A DNA stretch of 63,090 bases from an uncultured Thermomicrobiales bacterium (GTDB taxonomy: Bacteria; Chloroflexota; Chloroflexia; Thermomicrobiales; CADCWN01), in the NCBI GenBank assembly GCA_902806415.1, contig CADCWN010000022.1:1-63090 (forward strand), given 5' to 3'. Below the pieces are notes generated by a model. The model saw only the letters and a program-made list of their open reading frames with translations, made no database searches and was not told the origin of the DNA. Made by a program: the position numbers and the translations under genes. Within the stretch, counting starts at the first letter, position 1. Each line of letters begins with the position of its first letter. This document shows, in pieces, positions 19,111-27,404 of this stretch.

Positions 19111-20538
19111 ATGAGTATGCGGATGGATGCCGGCATGGACATGTCCGCCGAGATGCGGGCGTGGGTGTCGCCGAGCTTGATCGAGGCGAACTATATCCTC
19201 AGCCTATCGCGGCAGGAGTTGCAAGAGGTCATCCGGGAAGAGATGCTGGCGAACCCGGCGCTGGAGATGGACGACAAGGAGATTTGCCCGCTCTGCGGCG
19301 GCGTTGTGGAAGGGCCGTTCTGCCCGGTCTGCCTCACCAATCAGCAGCTCGAACGGCAAGAGGCGAGCTATGAGGATAATCCCGAGATCATGACGCAGCA
19401 GTCGCCGAACGGGATCGCGGAGGATGATTTCGACCCCCTCACGCTGATCGCCTCGGAGACCAACTTGCCCGATCAGATCCTCTCCGACGTGCGCACCCTC
19501 CTCGACGACAACGAAATCCCGATCGCCGAATACCTGATCGAGAGCCTTGACGACCGCGGCTACCTGACGATCTCGCTGGCGGCGGTGGCGAAAGTCTTTG
19601 GCGAGGCCGAGGAGATGGTCGAGGAGATCCTGGTCCTGATCCAGCAGATCGCCCCGGTGGGGGTGGCGGCGCGCGACATGCGCGAGTGCCTGCTCCTCCA
19701 ACTCGACTATCTGGTTCGCAACAACGCCGAAGTGCCGGTCGCGGTCCAGCAGATCGTCGAGGGCCACCTGGAGGATCTCGGCTCGCACAAGTACGGGTAT
19801 ATCGCCGGGGCGCTGGGGATCGCGACCGAGGAGGTCGAGGCAGCGCGCGACTTCATCCGCAGCCAACTCAGCCCATTCCCGCTCCAGAGCCAGGAGGCGC
19901 GCTCCTGGAAGAGCCCGAACAGCGCGCCATACGTCGCCCCGGACGTGGTGATCTCGCTGCACGAGGGCGAGTTCCTGGTCGAGGTGGTCGAGGCGCGGCA
20001 TTTCTTCCTGCGGATGAGTTCGCTCTACGAGCAGATCGCCGTGTCGCTGTCGCAGAAGGGATCGCAGCCGAACGTCAGCGACTCGGATAAGAAGCACGTC
20101 CGCGACTTCACCTCGCGGGCCAAGGTCTTCATCGCCAATATCCAGCAGCGGCGGGAGACATTGCGGAAGATCGCGCTCTGCCTCGTCGATCTGCAAGAAG
20201 ATTTCCTGCGCGGCGGCGTGCGCGAATTGCGCCCGCTTACCCGCGCGATCGTCGCCCAGCAGGTCGGCGTCCACGAATCGACCGTCAGCCGCGCCACGGC
20301 GAATAAGTACGTGATGCTGCCGACGCGCAAGGTGATCCCGTTCAGCGACTTCTTCACCCCGTCGCTCTCGATCAAGGATGTGATCCGCGAGATGGTCGTC
20401 AAGGAGCGCGCGAAGGGCCAGCCGCTGACCGACCGCGAGATCTGCAGCCGCCTCTTGCAGCAGGGGATCCGCATCGCTCGTCGCACCGTGGCGAAGTACC
20501 GCGCGGAACTCGGTATCCTGCCATCGACGATGCGCTGA
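19111..20538 (+). CDS. rpoN: RNA polymerase sigma-54 factor
   Basis: NPALE, SLDDRGYL, HESTVSRA (HTH) and ARRTVAKYR (RpoN box). Confidence 0.95.
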   Translation: MSMRMDAGMDMSAEMRAWVSPSLIEANYILSLSRQELQEVIREEMLANPALEMDDKEICPLCGGVVEGPFCPVCLTNQQLERQEASYEDNPEIMTQQSPNGIAEDDFDPLTLIASETNLPDQILSDVRTLLDDNEIPIAEYLIESLDDRGYLTISLAAVAKVFGEAEEMVEEILVLIQQIAPVGVAARDMRECLLLQLDYLVRNNAEVPVAVQQIVEGHLEDLGSHKYGYIAGALGIATEEVEAARDFIRSQLSPFPLQSQEARSWKSPNSAPYVAPDVVISLHEGEFLVEVVEARHFFLRMSSLYEQIAVSLSQKGSQPNVSDSDKKHVRDFTSRAKVFIANIQQRRETLRKIALCLVDLQEDFLRGGVRELRPLTRAIVAQQVGVHESTVSRATANKYVMLPTRKVIPFSDFFTPSLSIKDVIREMVVKERAKGQPLTDREICSRLLQQGIRIARRTVAKYRAELGILPSTMR

Positions 20539-20550
20539 GTCGCGCGGACG

Positions 20551-20603
20551 CGGAGGCGGCGAGGGGGCCGGGGATTCACTCCCCGGCCCCCTCGCCGCCT
20601 CCG
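20551..20603. terminator. 24-bp-stem hairpin between convergent genes (probable bidirectional terminator or REP)
   Basis: CGGAGGCGGCGAGGGGGCCGGGGA-N5-reverse complement. Confidence 0.75.
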
Positions 20604-20629
20604 TATTGCCGTGTTTCCGGGTCAGACTG

Positions 20630-21488
20630 TTACGGTGCGGTGGTGCCGCGCGAGCCGTCCGGGCCGAAGGGAATCGTCTCGGCCTGCATGTTGCCGAAGC
20701 CGAAACCAACGTCCTGTGCCGCACCCACTTCCCTGACGACAACCATCCGGAAGGTGTAGGTGCCGGGCTCCAACTCGAAGACGCGCGAGCCGGAGAAGTC
20801 AAGCCGCTCGGCTGGGGCTACCGCCGGTGTCGTCCCTGACGCTGGGGCGCTGACAATCGCGTTGGGGTTCGCGCCAACAACGCTGCGAGTTACAATCTGT
20901 GCCGCGCCAGCCGCCTCCCCATCCCGCCGAATATCACCGCGAAGCAGTGTGGCAGTTCCCGGGACACCAGCGGACGATCGCGCGAAGACGTAGCCGGTGA
21001 AGCTCACCTTGACAAAAACGGTCGCGTCGCCCGTGCGGCCAGGCACGACCAGCGTCACATCCATGTACTCTTTCTCGGTCGCCGCGCCGAGGTTGTCTTC
21101 AGCGCTGGCGGACGAGCGGGAGTCGAAGGCAATGCGGTTGAGTGCTGCGGTGCGGACGAGGAACGAGGACATTTCCTCGCGGGTCACGTTCTGCTTGGGG
21201 TAGTAGAAACGGGTATTCGGATCGTTCGGGTTCTCGAAACCGTTGGCGATCCCGAGATTGTAGGCGGTGTCGATGTCCGGGTCGTGGACAGTTCCCGCGA
21301 GATCGATGAAGGGATTCGCCGCGAAGATCGAGAGGGGCACCAGGGCTATCAACAGGGCCAGGATACCGACCGCGAACTTGCGGCTCTTGCGGGTGCCGGG
21401 CAACTTGGCGCGCCGCGCGCAACTCGCCCAGTTCTTTCTCCTGAGCATCCAAACGGGCAAGGACATCGTGCATAGCCTGGTCGCTCAT
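20630..21488 (-). pseudogene. Secreted SLH-like surface protein, frameshifted near 21391-21393
   Basis: The GGAGG-led ATG at 21488 (MSDQAMHDVLARLDAQEKEL...) is in a different frame from the signal peptide and ANPFIDL...GIANGF...VTREEM SLH-like motif. Confidence 0.7.
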
Positions 21489-21842
21489 CTTGTCCTCCAG
21501 CGTATGTCAGCCAATCATACGCTCGTCTTCCACCGTCCCCGTATACAGCACCTCACCCCTACGGCCAAGATTGGCCCGCTCCAGCCCATCCCCTTGGGCC
21601 ACGCCAGATGGCCTACTCCTCGCCACTAGCATAGTGCTGGAGGGCAGATCTGGCCGGTATTGCAGAGAATATGCGGCGATACCTCGGGCGATGACGGTGG
21701 CAGCGAGGGGAGGCAACGAGAATCGGGCGCACCAGATAGCTGTCGGAGTGCCAGTTTTCACGCTTGTCAGGAAAGTCGTTCGCTCCCTCGACCTGGTACT
21801 TACTACGTGTCTACTCCGGTTTTGGATGCTGGGGAAGTGAGT

Positions 21843-21858
21843 AGCAAGAAAAGTGCCA
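21843..21858 (-). promoter_or_regulatory. Sigma-54 -24/-12 promoter
   Basis: TGGCACTTTTCTTGCT; a weaker second site TGGCACTCCGACAGCT lies at 21738-21753. Confidence 0.75.
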
Positions 21859-22005
21859 TCAAGACCATGAGCGGTCATTGAGTCTGACGAAGTATGTGGC
21901 GCGGCAAAACAGGTTCCCAACCTTCATCAGGAACGGCTCCGCAGGCCGCGAGGCATTGCTGCCGCCACTAGCTCGCTTTCCCAGCGGTGGTGGGGTCGTT
22001 GTGCT

Positions 22006-22395
22006 CTAGCGGCTGCTGTCCGAATCCGTGTCCACTTCTTCCGGCAATGAGGACGTCTCGCCCGCGAGCAGCAACAGCAGGCGCGCTACTTGCGCCTGCG
22101 CGAGCGTCGCATCAGCCTGCGCGAGCGGTCCGTTCAGCGCGGTGTGCAAACCCTGGAGCTCTTCGCGCAGGGCGAGCAGCACCTTTAGGCCGGTCAGATT
22201 CAGCCCGAACTGCTCGACGGTGCCGATGAGATGGCGCAACTGCTCGATGTCGTCCGCCGAATAGAGGCGGCGCCGCCCCTCGGTGCGCGTGGGGCGGAGG
22301 AACCCGGCACGCTCATAGTTCCGCAACGTCTGAGGATGGACATCGAGCAGTCGCGCCGCGACGCTAATGACATAAACCGGCGTTTGTTCGGCCAT
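22006..22395 (-). CDS. HspR-like MerR-family regulator
   Basis: PVYVISVAARLLDVHPQTLRNYER.G...P.RTEG..RLYS; AAGGA SD. Confidence 0.85.
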   Translation of the reverse strand: MAEQTPVYVISVAARLLDVHPQTLRNYERAGFLRPTRTEGRRRLYSADDIEQLRHLIGTVEQFGLNLTGLKVLLALREELQGLHTALNGPLAQADATLAQAQVARLLLLLAGETSSLPEEVDTDSDSSR

Positions 22396-22442
22396 AGACT
22401 ATTCCTTCGTCGGATATGCACAGTGTCCATTACCCAATATCC

Positions 22443-22474
22443 ATAAGCATAATACTTATAAACGCCGTTGTCTA
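22443..22474 (-). promoter_or_regulatory. Sigma-70 promoter with overlapping inverted repeat
   Basis: TAGACA-N17-TATGCT; ATAAG-N7-CTTAT covers the -10. Confidence 0.6.
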
Positions 22475-22648
22475 TTTTTCAGACGAGGGGATTGATACAA
22501 TGCGCGTGACCAGCGCGCCGATCGCACGTTCTATCGTTGGTCGCGCGCGTACCGCCCCTGGTGGTATACTCGGGCGCGCCGCTTATGGATAAGAGCGGGG
22601 TACCGCTACGCCTATCGCCATGCCCGGTGGAGGATTGAGGGGAGAAGA

Positions 22649-22921
22649 ATGTCTCAGAGCCGCATTCTGGCGATCGTATTCATCGTGGTCGGCGTCTTCC
22701 TCGCCCTCCTATCGGCGGTCGCCGATCTGTTCCAGGGGACGATCGGGGCGGTTGATTCGACGTTCGGCTGGAAACAACTCCTCGGGCTGATCCTCGGGAT
22801 CATCTTGATCGTCGCGGGGATTATCCTCCTGCGCCAGGGGGATGTCGAGTACGAGGACGACGAAGACGAAGACGATCTCGAGGCGGAAGTCGTCGAGGAA
22901 GAAGTCGAGCGGCGGGCCTGA
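22649..22921 (+). CDS. Small two-TM membrane protein with acidic tail
   Basis: Two hydrophobic helices, E/D-rich C-terminus, GAGGGGAG SD. Confidence 0.8.
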   Translation: MSQSRILAIVFIVVGVFLALLSAVADLFQGTIGAVDSTFGWKQLLGLILGIILIVAGIILLRQGDVEYEDDEDEDDLEAEVVEEEVERRA

Positions 22922-22950
22922 GTGCGGGCGACGTTGCGCGGGAGGCAGCA

Positions 22951-23718
22951 GTGAAAGGCGTCATCCTGGGCGGCGGGTTGGGGAGTCGGCTCTATCCCCT
23001 GACCCACGCGACCAATAAGCATCTCCTACCGATTTACGACCGACCGATGGTCTACTACCCGATCGCCACACTGGTCAACGCCGGAATCGATGAAGTCATC
23101 ATCGTGACCGGTGGGCCGCACGCCGGCGATTATCTGCGTGTCTTGCAGAATGGTCGACAACTCGGGTTGCGCCATCTCGAATATACCTACCAGGAGCGAG
23201 AGGGCGGCATCGCCGAGGCGCTGGCGCTCTGCGAAGATTTCGCCGATGGCGAGTCGATCGTCGTCATCCTCGGTGATAATACGACCGACGCCGACATCCG
23301 CCCCGCCGTCCAGGATTTTCGCGAGGGTGCGCTGATCTTCTTGAAAGAGGTCCACGACCCGGACCGCTACGGTTGCCCGGTCTTCGATCCCGCCGACCGG
23401 CGGCGCATCTTGCGGATTGAGGAGAAGCCGAAGCAGCCACAGAGTAATCTCGCCGTCAGCGGCCTCTATCTGTACGACGGGCGCGTCTTCGACTACATCA
23501 AGCGCCTGAAGCCATCGGGACGCGGCGAGTTAGAGATCACCGACGTTAACAACTTCTACCTGGAAGATGGCCTGCTGCGCTGGGAAGAATTAGAAGGCTT
23601 CTGGAGCGACGCCGGCACCTTCGAGAGCCTCTATCGTAGTAACGTCTTCTGGGCGGAGAAGGCGCTCGGTGCTCAAGCAGCACAGAGCGGCATCGTGCAG
23701 GAGACCATTCCGCAGTAG
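22951..23718 (+). CDS. Sugar-1-phosphate nucleotidyltransferase (short RmlA/SpsI-like)
   Basis: GGGLGSRLYPLT, KHLLP, LGDN, EEKP, RGELEITD, WSDAGT motifs. Confidence 0.92.
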   Translation: MKGVILGGGLGSRLYPLTHATNKHLLPIYDRPMVYYPIATLVNAGIDEVIIVTGGPHAGDYLRVLQNGRQLGLRHLEYTYQEREGGIAEALALCEDFADGESIVVILGDNTTDADIRPAVQDFREGALIFLKEVHDPDRYGCPVFDPADRRRILRIEEKPKQPQSNLAVSGLYLYDGRVFDYIKRLKPSGRGELEITDVNNFYLEDGLLRWEELEGFWSDAGTFESLYRSNVFWAEKALGAQAAQSGIVQETIPQ

Positions 23719-23751
23719 GGCTCCGCAACTCGTGGCAGATGTGACGATGAC

Positions 23752-23781
23752 GGGACGCGGGGGTAACTCCGCGTCCCTTTG
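23752..23781 (+). terminator. Probable intrinsic terminator
   Basis: GGGACGCGG...CCGCGTCCC followed by TTT. Confidence 0.5.
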
Positions 23782-23782
23782 C

Positions 23783-23897
23783 AGTCGCGAGTCGTGGGCC
23801 GTGGGTCGTGAGAACTGCCTGTCAGTGGTGGTCTTGTTCGCAGACCGATTGCCGCTGGGAGTGAGTTCTCACGACCCACGACCCACGACTCGCGACT
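23783..23897. repeat. Inverted heptamer-array hairpin (GTCGTGG/CCACGAC)
   Basis: 34-nt arms with one mismatch, ending just before the argS SD. Confidence 0.9.
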
Positions 23898-23910
23898 CTC
23901 GGAGGGGGCA

Positions 23911-26058
23911 ATGTCAGCAGAGAAAGAAGGGGCGATCAGAGAGCGGATCGCGCGGGTGCTGGACGAGCTCGGCTATCAGCCGCGCGCCATCGACTTGCGG
24001 CGGATCCCGTTCTCCGGGGCGTGGGGCGCGGCGACCTCAGTCGCCAAGGCGCTGGCCGGGCAGGCCGCCGCCGAGGATATCGCCGCGGCGACGGTGGGCC
24101 TCGACAAGAAAGAGGCGAAGGCGCGGGCCGCCGGGATCACCAATGCGAAGGCGCAGGAGATCGCCGAGCGACTGGCGGCGCGGCTGTTGGCCGACGGCGC
24201 GGTCGATCGGGTCGAGGCGATCAACGGCTTCGTCAACATCTATTTCGATGCCGCCTCCGCCGCGTTGCAGACGGTGCGGCGGGTTCTCGCCGAGGGGGCC
24301 GAGTACGGTCGCGGCGCGGCGCTCAACGAGAAGGTGATGGTCGAGTTCTCGCAGCCGAACACCCACAAGGCGTTCCACGTCGGTCACCTGCGCAATGCCG
24401 CGCTGGGCAACGCCCTCTGCAACATCCTGGAGCGCGCCGGCTTCGGCGTGATCCGGGCGAATTATATCGGCGACATCGGCAAGCATGTCATCTCCTGCCT
24501 CTGGTGCTACCGCGCCTTCCATCTCGGCCAGGAGCCGACGGAAGGGAAGGGCCGCTGGCTGGGGCAGATTTATACCGAGAGTTTGCAGCGGCTGTCCTAT
24601 CGCCAGGAGGTCGTCGATTTCATCAACAAGCTCAGTAAGGAGGATGAGGCGTTCAAGGCGTCCTCGGACCGGATGATCAAGGAACTCTGGCGGCGCAAGG
24701 TCGCTTCCGGTGAGGATATCGCCTACCTGCTCGGCCAGCTCAGCGGCAAGGGTGACCTGGATCTGGCGAAGGTCTACAACCCCGATTGTATCGCCGAGCT
24801 CTGGCAGATTATCGGCGCGCAGTTGCAGCAGGAAGTGCGACCGACGCGGACGACCGGCCCGGTGACCGACGAGGCGACCGCGCGGGCGTATCTCGACGAG
24901 TGGCGCCGGATCAACATCCACGCCGACTGGTGGATCCCCGCCGGGGAGTGGGAGCGCCAGTATCGCGAGACGTGGCTGGAGTGGGAGCGCAAAGACCCCG
25001 CCCTCGTCACCCTCTGGGAGCAGACCAAAGCCTGGAGTATGGAGGAGTTCGGCCGAATCTACGGCGAACTCGGCGTCCGCTTCGACCGCTGGTTCTACGA
25101 GAGCGAGGTCGAGGAGCCGGGCCGCGCGATCGTGCAGGAACTCCTCGACAAAGGGATCGCCGAGATCAGCGAGGGCTTGCCGGTCGTCAAGATCGACGAG
25201 AAGCTGGGGCTGGAGAAGGAGACCTATCGGGTGCTGCCGATCCTCCGCTCCGATGGCACGACCCTCTACTCGACGAAAGACCTCTCGCTGACGAAGGAGA
25301 AGTTCGAGCGCTACGGGGTCGATCGGGCGATCTGGGTGATCGACGTGCGGCAGTCGCTCTACATGCAGCAGATCTTCAAGATCATGGAACTGTGGGGTTT
25401 CCCGCAAGCCGATAAGTGCTTCCACCTCGGCTACGAGATGGTCGCGCTGCCCGAGGGGGCGATGAGCTCGCGGAGCGGCAAGACAATCCTCTATGACGAC
25501 ATCGCCCCCGAAGTCTTCCGCCGGGCGCGGGCGGTCATCGACGAGAAAAACCCCGAGATGCCGGACGAGCGCAAGGCGATCGTGGCGAAGCAGATCGGCG
25601 CGGGTGCGCTCCTCTACGGGATGCTCGACCGCGACAACAACCGCCTGCTGATCTTCGACGCCGAGGAGGCGCTGAGCCTGCACGGGCAGTCGGCCCCGTA
25701 CATCCAGTACGCCCATGCGCGGGCCTGCCGCCTCCTGGAGCGGGCCGATGGCGTGCCGGACCTGGACACGGCCCCCCCCGAGTTGGGCGAGTTGACCGCC
25801 CACGAGATCAATCTGATCGAGCAGATCGCGCTGCTGCCCGCCGAGGTGCAGCGCGCCGCGCGCGAGTACAAGCCGCTGGTGATCGCCACCTATGCCTACA
25901 ATCTCGCCGTGCGCACCAACGAATTCTACGAGCATTGTCGCGTCCTCGACGCCCCCGAGCCGCAGCGCAGCGCGCGCCTGGCGCTCGTCGCGGCGGCGCG
26001 GCAGGCCCTCGCCGCCACCCTCGGCCTGCTCGGCATCGCCGCGCCGGAGGCGATGTGA
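23911..26058 (+). CDS. argS: Arginine--tRNA ligase (with large insertion)
   Basis: VEFSQPN..K.FHVGHLRN, RSDGT..Y, MSSRSG, YIQYAHAR, FYE.C.V motifs. Confidence 0.95.
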   Translation: MSAEKEGAIRERIARVLDELGYQPRAIDLRRIPFSGAWGAATSVAKALAGQAAAEDIAAATVGLDKKEAKARAAGITNAKAQEIAERLAARLLADGAVDRVEAINGFVNIYFDAASAALQTVRRVLAEGAEYGRGAALNEKVMVEFSQPNTHKAFHVGHLRNAALGNALCNILERAGFGVIRANYIGDIGKHVISCLWCYRAFHLGQEPTEGKGRWLGQIYTESLQRLSYRQEVVDFINKLSKEDEAFKASSDRMIKELWRRKVASGEDIAYLLGQLSGKGDLDLAKVYNPDCIAELWQIIGAQLQQEVRPTRTTGPVTDEATARAYLDEWRRINIHADWWIPAGEWERQYRETWLEWERKDPALVTLWEQTKAWSMEEFGRIYGELGVRFDRWFYESEVEEPGRAIVQELLDKGIAEISEGLPVVKIDEKLGLEKETYRVLPILRSDGTTLYSTKDLSLTKEKFERYGVDRAIWVIDVRQSLYMQQIFKIMELWGFPQADKCFHLGYEMVALPEGAMSSRSGKTILYDDIAPEVFRRARAVIDEKNPEMPDERKAIVAKQIGAGALLYGMLDRDNNRLLIFDAEEALSLHGQSAPYIQYAHARACRLLERADGVPDLDTAPPELGELTAHEINLIEQIALLPAEVQRAAREYKPLVIATYAYNLAVRTNEFYEHCRVLDAPEPQRSARLALVAAARQALAATLGLLGIAAPEAM

Positions 26059-26159
26059 ACGCGGAACGGGGAACGCGGAACGCGGAATTTGCTCTGGAGC
26101 AACCGCACTCAGCGGGGGCTCCGTCAACCTTAATTCCGCGTTCCGCGTTCCCCGTTCCG
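26058..26159. repeat. Inverted heptamer-array hairpin (AACGCGG/CCGCGTT)
   Basis: Perfect 28-bp arms at 26062-26089 and 26132-26159. Confidence 0.9.
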
Positions 26160-26174
26160 ACTTCGGGGAATTGG

Positions 26175-27098
26175 TTGCGCGGGGCGCGGATCGCGCCGAT
26201 CGCGGTGCCGATGGGGCTCGGGGTCTGCGAGTTCGGGCCGGAGATCGGGCCATACGCGCTTGATGCGGGGCTGCGTGATCGGACAGCCGCGACCCCCTCC
26301 GGCTGGCCGGGCGCGGGTCGGTTGGAACCGCTGACGATCACCGATGTGCCGCCGTCGCTCCCGTCGCCGCTCTACGGCGACCCACGCCTGAAGAATCGCG
26401 AGCCGATCCTGACCGCCTGTAAGCGCCTGGCACGCTACACCCAGGCCGCCATCGCCGACGGTCGCCTGGCGCTGGCGCTCGGCGGGGACCACGCCCTCTC
26501 GATCGGCTCGATCGCCGGGGCGGCGGCGACCTGCGAGCGCCTGGGAATCCTCTGGATTGACACGCACGCCGACCTGAACACCCCCGAGACGACGCCGAGC
26601 GGCAATATCCACGGGATGCCAATGGCGCTCGCGCTCGGGCATGGCAACCGCGCCCTGGCGACGATCGCCGGAGCCGCGCCGAAGGTGCGCCCCGAGGATG
26701 TGACGATGATCGGCCTGCGGGATCTCGACGCCGGTGAGGAGGCGTTCCTGGCGCGCCACCCGGTGCGGGTCTATCGGATGGCCCAGATCGACGCGCTCGG
26801 CGGCTTCGCGGCGACGGTGGCGCGGGCGATCGACGAGTTGGCCGCGAGCGGGGTCGACGCCGTCCACCTCTCCTTCGATCTCGACGTCCTCGACCCTTCG
26901 TGCTTCACGGCCACCAGCACACCCGTCCCCGGTGGGCTGATTGTCCGCGAGGCGCTGGCCGGGCTGCGCCTCCTGCGCGAGAGCACCTTGCCGATCCGCT
27001 CCGTCGATTGGGTCGAGTTGAACCCCCTGCTCGACACGCGCGGGGCCAGCACCGGCGTGGCGGTCCGCCTGCTCAAAGGCTTGCTCGGCGACGATTGA
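26175..27098 (+). CDS. rocF: Arginase
   Basis: GGDHA, DTHAD, SGNIHGMP, SFDLDVLDP, VELNP motifs; TTG start inferred. Confidence 0.88.
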   Translation: MRGARIAPIAVPMGLGVCEFGPEIGPYALDAGLRDRTAATPSGWPGAGRLEPLTITDVPPSLPSPLYGDPRLKNREPILTACKRLARYTQAAIADGRLALALGGDHALSIGSIAGAAATCERLGILWIDTHADLNTPETTPSGNIHGMPMALALGHGNRALATIAGAAPKVRPEDVTMIGLRDLDAGEEAFLARHPVRVYRMAQIDALGGFAATVARAIDELAASGVDAVHLSFDLDVLDPSCFTATSTPVPGGLIVREALAGLRLLRESTLPIRSVDWVELNPLLDTRGASTGVAVRLLKGLLGDD

Positions 27099-27103
27099 GG
27101 CAG

Positions 27104-27404
27104 GGCGTGACCTCTCCCCCGGCCCCTCCCCTAATGGCGGTGGCGAACTTAACGACCCTATGGCCCGTCAAGGCTCGGCCTCCCGATCGCGCGGCACCGA
27201 TGGCGCTCCTCACAGGGAGGATGCGGTAATCAAGTTCGCCACCGCCATCAAGGGAGGGGTGCCTCGCTATGAGGTTTGCGCTCGTCGGATTGGTTGAGCG
27301 GCGACAAGTACCTTGATTTGTACTATCGCCCTCCCCGTAAGCCACCGCGCATCATCAAGGCACCCGTCTCCGCGTCGGGGAGGGGCCGGGGGAGAGGTCA
27401 CGCC
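27104..27404. mobile_element. Composite REP/MITE-like element with 28-bp perfect terminal inverted repeats
   Basis: 27104-27131 is the reverse complement of 27377-27404; nested 17-bp IR at 27134-27150 / 27232-27248; no transposase. Confidence 0.65.

Noticed and set aside
23720-23910. T-box leader for argS
   Set aside because: No GGTGGNACCGCG T-box sequence or stem I; the region is explained by a terminator plus the heptamer hairpin
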